Both the position numbers and the translations under genes were made by a program. The notes under the pieces were generated by a model. That model saw nothing but the letters and a program-made list of their open reading frames with translations, did not search any database and was not told where the DNA came from. Positions 9,540 to 19,799 of a stretch of DNA of 20,243 nucleotides are shown here, piece after piece. Location: the NCBI RefSeq assembly GCF_006345805.1, contig NW_021824039.1:1-20243 (forward strand), in the 5' to 3' direction. This stretch comes from Octopus sinensis. Lineage: Eukaryota. The number at the start of each line of letters is the position of its first letter. Position 1 is the stretch's first letter.

Positions 9540-9671
9540 GAAATATGAGTTCATCCGATAAAACTCTAGAGCAAAAAAAGAAACAAATATAAACAAAAAC
9601 TAATATTTATAATAATTTCCAAGGAATCAAATTTATTCAAATGAGAAAAATAAAACTAGATAACTTATCAC

Positions 9672-9803
9672 CTTCCCTGATGTTAATGAATGCAATGTCA
9701 TCATAGCGGAAATAATTGATGACAAGATCGAATAACAAGTCAGACACACCAGCAAGCTTTCCATATAATGAATTTAATATTTCTAATTGTCGCCAACGGA
9801 ATT
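9672..9803 (-). CDS. Candidate internal coding exon of an unknown host gene (132 nt, phase 1-1)
   Basis: Pyrimidine-rich acceptor tttcttctcatatttcttggcttcagtttttaAG, open frame FRWRQLEILNSLYGKLAGVSDLLFDLVINYFRYDDIAFINIRE, donor AAG|GTGATA. Non-repetitive sequence; no homolog recognised. Confidence 0.35.
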
Positions 9804-9981
9804 CTTAAAAACTGAAGCCAAGAAATATGAGAAGAAATACAATCATAATTTCACTAACGGGAGTCTCAGTGTGTTAACGCATAAGAATTCTTATCATCGT
9901 ATGCGCATATACGTCGCGGACGCATGTGCATATGTATGGCTACATACATACGTTGTACATCTATCCGTTCATTCATTCATC

Positions 9982-10251
9982 AATGTATCCATCCAGCTGT
10001 ATGCATGTGTGTCTGTGTGTATATGCGTGTACATAGACAGATCTCGTGATCAACCAGGATATCACATGTTGTTATATATCGCTGGTCACAGTGCACTTTG
10101 CATCCTTTTAGCTGTTGAATAATGTATCCATCCAGCTGTATGCATGTGTGTGTGTGTGTGTACATAGACAGATCTCGTGATCAACCAGGATATCACATGT
10201 TGTTATATATCGCTGGTCACAGTGCACTTTGCATCCTTTTAGCTGTTGAAT
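9982..10251. repeat. Recent tandem duplication, units 9982-10120 and 10121-10251
   Basis: The units are identical except in the internal TG run; AATG microhomology at the junctions. Confidence 0.92.
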
Positions 10252-10450
10252 AATGACAGCCCGTTTGTTAGGTAAGCAGGCCAACATCTCCCCACCCCAG
10301 ATCGGAAAGCTAGTTTGTTACAAGGTTACCCATTTACAGCTGAATAAAATTAAGTGTTTTACTCAAGAAAAAAAAAGCAACACGCGGCTCGGTATGGAAA
10401 TCGAACCCACGATCTAAGGATCGTGAGTGCAACACCGTAACCACTATATC
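10170..10450 (-). mobile_element. tRNA-derived SINE family C (older, diverged)
   Basis: Minus strand tagtggttacggtgttgcactcacgatccttagatcgtGGGTTCGATTTCC (tRNA head with B box), central cttgagtaaaacactt...cagctgtaaatgggtaac, and a tail shared with 8775-8879. Confidence 0.75.
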
Positions 10451-10920
10451 ATACTCCTTCGCTACATAGACATATACATACATATAAACATACATCAACT
10501 CGCGACCAAGTAAGACCACTTGTTAAACACATTTCACTCCAAGAAACATCTTAAGTTTAGTTTTCCCTTCACTGATGACGTCTCGTATGTCTCCTAAGGC
10601 GTGCAAAGGGCCTACAAGTCATTCCACAAGACCACAAGTCAACCTACCAGCGACAAACAATCTGGAAGTTGAAGCCTACACAACTGAGTGAATCCACTGG
10701 CCGGCCCATATACTTTATTACACAAGATTCACAGGAGAACATACTGGATATCACATTAATAACACTTGTGGCTGAATAGGCCTTCCTTTGAGAAGAAGAC
10801 ACACGGAAGAGAATGTTTCATGCCTTGCTCAGGAAGAAGATCCATATATTTACTAGCATGTTCCAGTTCAGTGTATGCCACTCTGTTGTTCTCGTCGTAT
10901 TTTTGCATCCAACAGAGACC

Positions 10921-11146
10921 TATTTCTTTACTATCCACAAGGGGCTACACACAGAGGGGACAAACAAGGGCAGACAAACGGATTAAGTCGATTACATCGA
11001 CCCCAGTGCGCAACTGGTACTTAATTTATCGACCCCGAAAGGATGAAAGGCAAAGTCGACCTCGGCGGAATTTGAACTCAGAACGTAACGGCAGACAAAA
11101 ATACGGCTACGCATTTCGCCCGGCGTGCTAACGCTTCTGCCAGCTC
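10921..11146 (-). mobile_element. Full-length SINE family B (Deu/Nin-domain type) with 16-bp TSD
   Basis: GCATCCAACAGAGACC at 10905-10920 and 11147-11162. Contains gcctttcatcctttcggggtcgataaattaagtaccag, resembling the Deu/Nin domain, and B-box-like GAGTTCAAATTCC. Confidence 0.92.
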
Positions 11147-11159
11147 GCATCCAACAGAG

Positions 11160-11255
11160 ACCATAAACCCATGTCTCATCACCACTGATAACGGTCTCCA
11201 TGAAGACCGGGTCGTGGTTTGCACAGTCCAGCATGTTCTGAGCGGTTTCCACGTT
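11160..11255 (-). pseudogene. Mariner (Tc1/mariner) transposase fragment
   Basis: VETAQNMLDCANHDPVFMETVISGDETWVYG matches the mariner DPxFxxxIITGDETWVY motif carrying the first catalytic Asp. Confidence 0.82.
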
Positions 11256-11266
11256 TTAAAACTTAC

Positions 11267-11306
11267 CCTTCCTGTGTTGTCTTTCATTTTGCCTTCATTG
11301 CTTTCA
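11267..11306 (-). CDS. Candidate 40-nt micro-exon (phase 2-0)
   Basis: TAG|t gaa agc aat gaa ggc aaa atg aaa gac aac aca gga agg|GTAAGT. Perfect donor but weak polypyrimidine tract; the only open frame is compatible with the 16286-16329 candidate. Confidence 0.25.
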
Positions 11307-11549
11307 CTACATAGACATATATGTGTGTGTATGTCTGTACAAGTGTGTGCGTGTGTATGTGAGTGTGTGTGTGTATGTGTGTGTGTAGGCTTATATACAT
11401 ATGATTAGACTGTAATTTGAACTGGATCCAGCTTGTTCACTCCACAACATTTAACAATTTAACCATTTTAGTGATTTCGGTTTCAATGAGTTATGGAAAC
11501 CTTCAGGCGTGAGTTTCTGCAAGCGTAGTCGCCGTACACAAGCTCAAAT

Positions 11550-11563
11550 CACACACACACACA

Positions 11564-11602
<39 letters not shown>

Positions 11603-11720
11603 ACACCACACACACACACACATGCACGCACATACACACACATATAAGGACACACGGTTGTACAAACACACATATACACAAGCATACAATTCCACATGCA
11701 GATACACATATACACATGTG
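11550..11720. repeat. (CA)n-rich microsatellite
   Basis: Direct reading. Confidence 0.93.
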
Positions 11721-11821
11721 CACAGATATGTACGCACATATGTCTTCGTACATATAATGAATTATTAGTAACTGTTAGAATGCTAATTAGCTTAAACGCC
11801 TTCATATTCTGCGATACATGA

Positions 11822-12000
11822 TATCTCCAGAGCAGTTAAGTGCGTCATAGAAAGCTTTGTTCACATTGTGAGAAAGACGATGCCAGTTATTGTCTTTGAC
11901 ATTCAGTGTCTCCCTTCACTGTCTTCCTTTTCTCCTGTCCTTGAGAATTTGATGAAGGACTTACTTGAGGGGGTTGGTTGAGAGGATCAGTTGAAAACAG
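11822..12000 (-). mobile_element. Possible decayed RTE-type LINE fragment
   Basis: Minus strand translates ...ETLNVKDNNW... and HNVNKAFYDALN in different frames, resembling the RTE pre-RT linker (RxMKDxWW...KxFYDALK). Confidence 0.35.
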
Positions 12001-12376
12001 ATTAAGCTGCTATGACAATTTTCAAACACCTTCCCACTTGACCAAAGCCAATGGGTTGGGCTTTATGTAATCTTTTAACCCGGTGTAAATAGCAGCCAAA
12101 TACACGCAAAAAAAATTCTATTGTCTTCAGGTTATGCAGGTGCTAAGATACACCACACGTTAAACCAGCCGGATATTTTTTTTTAATTTATGAAATTAAA
12201 TACGGTATATATGTATATATATGTATATATATATATGCGTGTGTGTGTATGTGTGAACACATGCACACATATCCACTAATTCTTAAACACACACATGCAC
12301 GCACACATGCGCGCACACACACGCACGTACACATACACACATCTATCTATCTATTTGTCTGTCTCTCTCTCTCTCC

Positions 12377-12444
<68 letters not shown>

Positions 12445-12638
12445 ATTAATAGTAATAGTATGACAACAAAAGAATGAACGATCGAATCGATCGCAATGAT
12501 ACCTGGTTGATCTTGTCAGTAGTCACTGGTGTACCTTTTGTGATCTAGATATATGTTTTATAATATATTTTATTTTTTCTATATGGTATGGTGTATGTCA
12601 TCATTGTTTGAATTACATAATAGTGGTTTTTCTCTAAC

Positions 12639-12730
<92 letters not shown>

Positions 12731-12969
12731 TGTATGTATGTATGTATACACACAAGAGGTACGCAATGAAACATGTTTCATACCGAGAGCAACCTTTAAA
12801 TTAAAATTTTTATTCCTTAGATATTTACTCGTCAAGTTTTTAATATTCAGTTATTATTTAAATTTATTATTTGTATTTCTATTCATTTGCACATGTTAAG
12901 TAAGATTATATTGAAGATATAGAGTATCATGGAAGTATATAAGAGTTAGGGGTAGTGAAAAATGTTGAG

Positions 12970-13098
12970 GAATCCAGACCTGACGATTGGGAGTATGTCG
13001 ACCCGAGTAAGTATTGAAACTAGATACCTCGTATCTAATCAATACCGACGTACTTTCATGAAACGCGTGTAGTCTTATAAACGGAAAATACAGGATTC
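12970..13098 (+). ncRNA. Type-I hammerhead ribozyme with long extended stem II
   Basis: agac CUGACGA(12980-86) u [ugggaguaugucg/cgacguacuuuca 13 bp; guauuga/ucaauac; uagauac/guaucua] u GAAA(13060-63) cgcgu GUA|gucu. Stem I agac/gucu, extendable by gaaucc/ggauuc; predicted cleavage after 13071. Confidence 0.8.
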
Positions 13099-13317
13099 AG
13101 AATAGATATAGCTAGTTAAGATTTAATTTTTAATATTTTATAGAGTGGTCGGGTATAAAAATCTTAGTGTTGACTGAGTTGAAGGTGGTTCTGTCTCTAA
13201 AATTACTTTTATATATATGAATTAAACATTGAGAGATGTTCATTTTAGGACATCTAATTTGAATGTCTTTCTCCTGTGTACTCGGAACTAATATTACCTA
13301 ATAATTATAATATATAT

Positions 13318-13357
<40 letters not shown>

Positions 13358-13420
13358 ATATGTATATATGTATATGTAAGTATGTATGTGTGTATGCATA
13401 TATATATATATATAATATAT

Positions 13421-14172
13421 ATAGTGTAATAAATAAAATATATGCATATATACAAACATATATGTACGTACCTACATCTACATGTACATATACATGCATA
13501 TATAAATATATATAAACAGTACTTGGAGAAGAAGAAGAACGGAACGAAACGAACGAATCGAATCGAATCGACGCGAGGGCGCTGTCAAACAATAGTGTAA
13601 TAAATAAAATATGTGCATACATACAAACATATATGTACGTACCTACATCTACATGTACATATACATGCATATATAAATATATACGTAAGTACAGGACACC
13701 ACAACTAGACGTAGAACTCAACGAGAAACGAAAACGGAAAAACAAGCATGGAACAAACCATTTTTTTACAACAGAAAAACAGAGTACAAGACAAACACGA
13801 GGAAAAATCCTTCATCAGCTGTCCCTAGTTCGACTCTAGCGTGTCGACGAAACACGCTAGAGTCGAACTAGGGACCGCTGATGAAGGATTTTTCCTCGTG
13901 TTGTCTTGTACTCTGTTTTTCTGTTGTAAAAAATGGTTTGTTCCATGCTTGTTTTTCCGTTTTCGTTCTCGTTGAGTTCTACGTCTAGTGTGGTGTCCTG
14001 TACTTACGTATATATTATATATGCATGTATATATACATGTAGATGTAGGTACGTACATATATGTTTGTATGTATGCACATATTTTATTTATTACACTATT
14101 GTTTGACAGCGCCCTCGCGTCGATTCGATTCGATTCGTTCGTTTCGTTCCGTTCTTCTTCTTCTCCAAGTAC

Positions 14173-14177
<5 letters not shown>
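13421..14177. mobile_element. Partial-tandem plus inverted repeat element (Penelope-like pLTR architecture); arms 13514-13844 / 13852-14177, direct copy 13421-13512 of 13592-13683
   Basis: Arms match apart from about 5 single-base indels and 2 substitutions, with a 7-nt loop cgacgaa. Contains GAAAC and CTGATGA boxes near the apex. Flanked by (TA)n. Confidence 0.8.
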
Positions 14178-14216
<39 letters not shown>

Positions 14217-14376
14217 TTTTAATTCTAAATTTCTCAGAGAGAGACATTCAGTAACACTTCTTGAAAGTAAAAGCTAATTGCCAACAAAATATGGCTGTCC
14301 TGGAAGTGAGGTTGTTACTATTTATTAGCTCCAAGAAACATCGTTTATAGCTGGCTATACGACTCACTATCTTTGG

Positions 14377-14422
<46 letters not shown>

Positions 14423-14479
14423 TCGCGTTTATGCATATGTATATAAATATACTTGTGTGTCTATGTGTATATAAATAGC

Positions 14480-15260
14480 ATGACAGCGCATCCCTGTTTC
14501 GATGTTAAAGTATGAAAAGAGTGTCATTCACAAATGTCGCAGCTCTTTAGCGATTCCATTGTATACTTGTAGTATCATGCTAGTTAAAGGTAAATTAATT
14601 TGCTAAACAAATGTGCTATCAATATCTTCATACGTATAAACTTTGACGTTCTTGTTACTTCATCCCAAAAGATGAAACCGTTATCTCGAATTTGTCTTGC
14701 CATTTTGCTGTCGATATCAATGCCGGAAACGACGATCATGTCAGTGGAAATTACAATATGGAAAGTTGAATAACCTGAAGAATCGCTTTTGTAGAATAAT
14801 ACTAGAGATGCAACAGCAAGATATAGTTGATTCCATGTTCTCGATAAATGCTTGAATAAAAAACGTTTTTACAGATCTATCAATAGAGAAAGGATTTGTA
14901 TTTAAATTGTTTTTTTCTTTATGGCAGCAGTTAAAGCGTCAACGACATGTCATTATTGATTTGAGTTCTACGTCCTTCGATTGCTTCCTTCAATTTTCTA
15001 TATATTGTCTACAATGGGTTAAAATATATTCTAACTCTTGAACGATGGATATCATCAAATGATGTTTCATTAGCGAACAGCTGGCATCATGAGTTGATGC
15101 TTCAAACATTTTACACGGGTACGGTCATTGTCAGTTGATGACCAAACTACTACTTCGTCAAATACGCTTAGACGCAAGCGGCTCTTATCGATGGGAGAAA
15201 CCAAGTCACAAATAGGTTTATATGACGATGAAGAAGCTATTTTTCTGGCATAACTTCGTT
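14480..15260 (-). pseudogene. Decayed Helitron RepHel segment (PIF1-family helicase region)
   Basis: Minus-strand motifs in the expected order: IRAACV/VFDEVVVW, QELEYIL, IDRSVKTF (14884-14861; deleted Walker A), LAVAS (14820-14806), GYSTF, SKMARQIRDNGFIFWDE (WDE 14667-14659; Walker B), YEDIDST, ETGMR (to 14486). Confidence 0.78.
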
Positions 15261-15336
15261 ATTAGATAAAATAGATGATGATTATGGTGGTGTAAAAATA
15301 GTAGTGGGACTAAAACTTCTTCAAAGCGGTGCCTGG

Positions 15337-15381
15337 GTGGAACTTTGGGCAACTGTCTTCTACTGTAGCCTCGGCCCGACC
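15337..15381 (+). mobile_element. Central fragment of SINE family A
   Basis: gtggaactttgggcaactgtcttctactgtagcctcggcccgacc matches 5550-5594. Confidence 0.75.
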
Positions 15382-15403
15382 CCTCTTTAGATAAGATTAA
15401 TAC

Positions 15404-15693
15404 AAGAATAATATAAGACGTCTCTATGCTTGCGTCCCCCGGAACCTAATGACTTGATTGGTTGCAAGAAATGCACTTCATTTTTACCCGGGGTACCCAG
15501 GAAAATCCGACAGGAATTAATCGTATTCCGCCCTGATGAAGAGCCCACAGGCAGCCGTTGCTGAGCATTATTATAAAGAGTGTTCTTCTATAGTGATCTT
15601 AAGATATAAACTCAGTAACTTAAAGATGGTTTGCAGCGCAGAAACAAATGTGATCTATTGATGAAACTTATCTTATCCTCGTGTTATATTATT

Positions 15694-15696
<3 letters not shown>
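15404..15696 (+). mobile_element. Structured repeat island with 17-bp terminal inverted repeat and degenerate long-stem-II hammerhead
   Basis: aagaataatataagacg (15404-20) / cgtgttatattattctt (15680-96); CTGATGA at 15533-39 and GAAAC at 15641-45 bracket nested stems. Confidence 0.45.
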
Positions 15697-15740
<44 letters not shown>

Positions 15741-15776
15741 TGTATTTATATCTGTGTGTATATATATGTGTATGTA

Positions 15777-15820
<44 letters not shown>

Positions 15821-15881
15821 TATATATATATATATATATATAACATATATATATATATATATAATATTTATATAACATATA

Positions 15882-15914
<33 letters not shown>

Positions 15915-16108
15915 AGTATTATATACATATATGTATGTATATATGTGTGTGTCTGTGTGGTATAGTGTGTGGGTGTGTATATATATATGTGTGTTGTGTG
16001 TTGTGTATATATATATATATATATGTATATGTATTTATGTATGTATGTTAATATATATATATTATATTAATATATATATATATATATTATATTATATATA
16101 TATATATA
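15697..16108. repeat. Long degenerate (TA)n/(TG)n block
   Basis: Direct reading. Confidence 0.93.
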
Positions 16109-16285
16109 CATTCACATTACTATTTCTTGTGTAATCAATAGGTACCTAAGCGTTACAAAATATTCAAATTCAATTAGACTTGTCTCCAAGCTGTATCGGG
16201 AACATACAGTACGATACTATCTTTATGCTTTTTATATCATCTTCCCATCATATAATCTAATGGTGTCACCGCATAACTAAATTAC

Positions 16286-16329
16286 TTCATAATAGACTGT
16301 GTGCTTTCCTCCTGTTCTCCTTCATCCAT
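16286..16329 (-). CDS. Candidate first coding segment of a host gene (MDEGEQEESTQSIM...), inside putative exon 16286-16420
   Basis: Acceptor ttatgattgCAG at 16423-16421, ATG in strong context AAAATGG, donor AA|GTAATT; unique sequence. Confidence 0.3.
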
Positions 16330-16557
16330 TTTACAATGCCTCTATTGTCTTGCTGATATATGTTGATGATGCTGCTGCTGTCGATTTTTCTTGGTTGGTA
16401 AGTGTGATGTCAGACTTTCTCTGCAATCATAAGTTATACGTAAGAATTGTCACGATTTCGCAAATTCTTTATTGTTTATTTTTTTATGCATTATTCTCTT
16501 TTTTTTCTTTTCTTTTGTGAACTGACAAAATGAAAACGAATACATAATATATATATC

Positions 16558-16588
<31 letters not shown>

Positions 16589-16646
16589 CTGTGTGTGTGT
16601 ATACGTATGTCTATATATATAATTTAACACATATATATATATATTA

Positions 16647-16681
<35 letters not shown>

Positions 16682-16729
16682 ATACATATATATAGATGTA
16701 TAGTCATACATATATATAAACAAGTGTAT

Positions 16730-16779
<50 letters not shown>

Positions 16780-16887
16780 TATTCTTTAGACATCAAGGCC
16801 TCTGTGTACACATTATTAAATAACTATGTCTACATACCTAGGTGTTATATTATGTACGTAGTATATACATATATATATATATATATA

Positions 16888-16924
<37 letters not shown>

Positions 16925-18107
16925 ATTGGTCTTCATGGCTATGTACGCACACCACACAGGCATACACATCAAAACGCATACATAGATGTTATGTATTTAA
17001 AGAAAATATATTCACTACATACATTTCAGGTTATATATATTTAATATAATTTACATTTGTTGCAACTTAAAGTTTGGCGCTCACAGCTAACAAAACACTT
17101 CACACATATTTAGATAATAGGCAGCCATATTCTATAAACATGCTAAGAAATATGCATCAATATTTTTTAAAAAATGAATTGAGACATAACTACACAGAAA
17201 AAAGCTTTTAACTGTTGACATGTAAATATCATAAGAATGGTGTTGATAGGGGAATAGTACTAGATCATGTATTACAATAAATTGACGGCGAAATAGAGTC
17301 ATTATATAAATATACATACATGCATGCATACATATATCATTCAACTATAGTAGCAGTTGAATGATATTCTTAAGGCTGCAATTTACTCACACGCAGCATA
17401 TTTCAGAGCTTGTCACTAATTCAGTTCTTAGCCAAGTTGAAAACTGTTACCGTTTTTGAAGAGGACTGGTCTCTACCTACATTTTGGCATAAAAAATTGA
17501 GATTTGGTCCAGTAGAGAAAAGTTTGCAGCAACGTTAGAGGAGAGTAAGTGACGCCAACAATCAAGTTTAGATCTAAATAATTTTTTTTTTATTTTAAAA
17601 GCAAAATATATTTATCTTAACTTCAATGATAGAAGAAAGCGTGAAGAACTTTATAGTTCTGGTCCCATGCAAAAAAAATCTGTATCAAAAAAGTTGAGAG
17701 GTAAAATATCTTGAAAAATGTAAGTCAGGCAAAAAATTGTATTTAAGCATAATTAACTTTTTTATTTTAAAAACAAACTATATTTTAATTAAGCTTTAAT
17801 GATAGAGTTCAATTCGAGGAATTTCACGGTTTCAATTTCATGCAATGAAGTTTTAGAAGAGAAAAGTTATGAGTGTTTGTTTCTCAAATTTGAGGGTGAT
17901 AATATAGTTCTATACTTTTTTATGAATATAGTTCTAGGGGAATTTTGATATATGTCACCGGCATCATTGAGGTAAGGAAAAATTATCAACGACACCGCTA
18001 ATTGACACATTTGACACATTATTAATTAGCATAAATTAGCATAACAGCATAGCCTGGAAAAAACATGGATTACATGGGAAAATGCGAGCAAGAGAAATAA
18101 TATTCTT

Positions 18108-18824
18108 AAGATTATAAATCTGGAAAATTATAGAACAAGTTATTACACTTGGAAAAGTTCAGGACAACTTATTACATCTGGTAAAGTACAGAACAATAAC
18201 ATTTTTACTTAAAATATTGCAGCTAAGGATAAAATTTGAATATTAAAAAATATTTTATTTTAATTTACGAAGTAACATTATAATTTTAAAATGTACCATC
18301 CTTTTTATTAAAATATTGACACACCAGAATACTTAAAAACTGAGAAAGTTTTATGCAAAGTAAAATAGTATATATGGTATACAAATTCATTATGTAAAAA
18401 ATAGGCATTGGGTCAAGACTAAAAATGTGAAGACTTGGCAATAACTCAAGCAAATTTTACTGTGAACTTGTTGTTATAGGTAAATTTAACAGTAATACAT
18501 AACTAATTTTTGTATTATTCTATTGATTGTACTAATTATGAACTAGTACTATTTTTTATAACCTATTTTCAAATTTCTGGTTATTAATTAATAATTAAAA
18601 AAAGGAAGTTTTTAAAGTGCAAAAATATTTTGAGTTATTTTTAATTTTTGATAGAAGTAACAAGTAATAAGAATAAAAGTAATAACTTGTAATAATTTTT
18701 TTAGTTTTTATAAACGCTAATATTTTCTAAATCTAAATATTTTATTTGAAACTTTATCCTTACCTGCAATATTTTAAGTAAAAAATTTCTTGTTCTCTAC
18801 TTTATCAGATGTAATAACTTGTTC
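18108..18824. mobile_element. MITE/foldback-like DNA element with ~72-bp imperfect inverted repeats (18162-18233 / 18753-18824) and 29-bp tandem subrepeats
   Basis: ttattacatctggtaaagtacagaacaa...tttttacttaaaatattgcagctaaggataaa is reverse-complemented on the right. Three 29-bp units at 18108-36, 18137-65 and 18166-94. Confidence 0.7.
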
Positions 18825-19208
18825 AGAAAATGTGTCAAAGGCTCAGAAACATGTCTCTGGGTGCAGGCTTAGCTGTTGGGGGTGCTTGTCTCCCCTTTGT
18901 AAACATAAAGGCATAGGAAATGTGTCAAGGCCGACAGGAAGCGTTGATGCTTCCTAGGGCTAAATAGCGGTGGTGTGATTCCCTTTATGGGACTGTCACG
19001 TTAAGTTGACAGTATACAACTGCTCTATCGTTACACCACTGCTTATATCTCTCTGAGATATTTAGAAATTTAATATTTATATATATATATGTGTGTGTGT
19101 GTGGTGTGTGTGTGTATGTATGTAGGTATACTTATATATCTTTAAATATACATATAAATATATACAGACAGCATCTATTACACCACACACACCCAACATC
19201 TATATATT

Positions 19209-19283
<75 letters not shown>

Positions 19284-19799
19284 TTACTTGTATGTGTGTA
19301 TATACACACAAGTGTATACGTATGTATATATGCATACACGCTCGGACACCATACTCGCAAATATATATAACGCTATAACTTTTGCAAAGACTACTGAGAT
19401 TAATAAACTTAATTCTCTTAACAAACGAACAAAATACTACACAATTAAAAACATATATTATATTTAAACAATTTATGAATTCGTTTTTGATCCGAAAATT
19501 TTGAGGTTAAGCGTAAATTAAATTGAAAATATTTTATTAAATATTATTGATTCCATAATGATATAAAGTACTTTATTTATACATTAATTCATTGAAATTA
19601 TTATTTTCAATTTAATTTGTTTACCTTTCAATTCATCAAAGCATAGTGAAATGATCGATGCTTGTAAAACAAATACTTACCAATATCAAATCTCGGTTTA
19701 TTTCGTAGCTTATTTAATGACATTTAACGATGACTTTTATCTTCCGTTCTGTGTGCTATAATATATCATCTGATTTTTTTCTCACTTCAATTCGTATAT

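Noticed and set aside
10566-10620. CTGATGA cgtct...aggcg tGCAAA gggccTA
   Set aside because: Stem II is plausible, but GAAA is disrupted and stem I is absent.
18108-18194. 29-bp repeats as a possible CRISPR array
   Set aside because: Contiguous tandem units without spacers, in a eukaryotic context with no cas genes.
60-19378. Most ORFs in the supplied track ([16 protein letters not shown], poly-K/V/I/L/T)
   Set aside because: They are translations of stop-free microsatellites, not genes.
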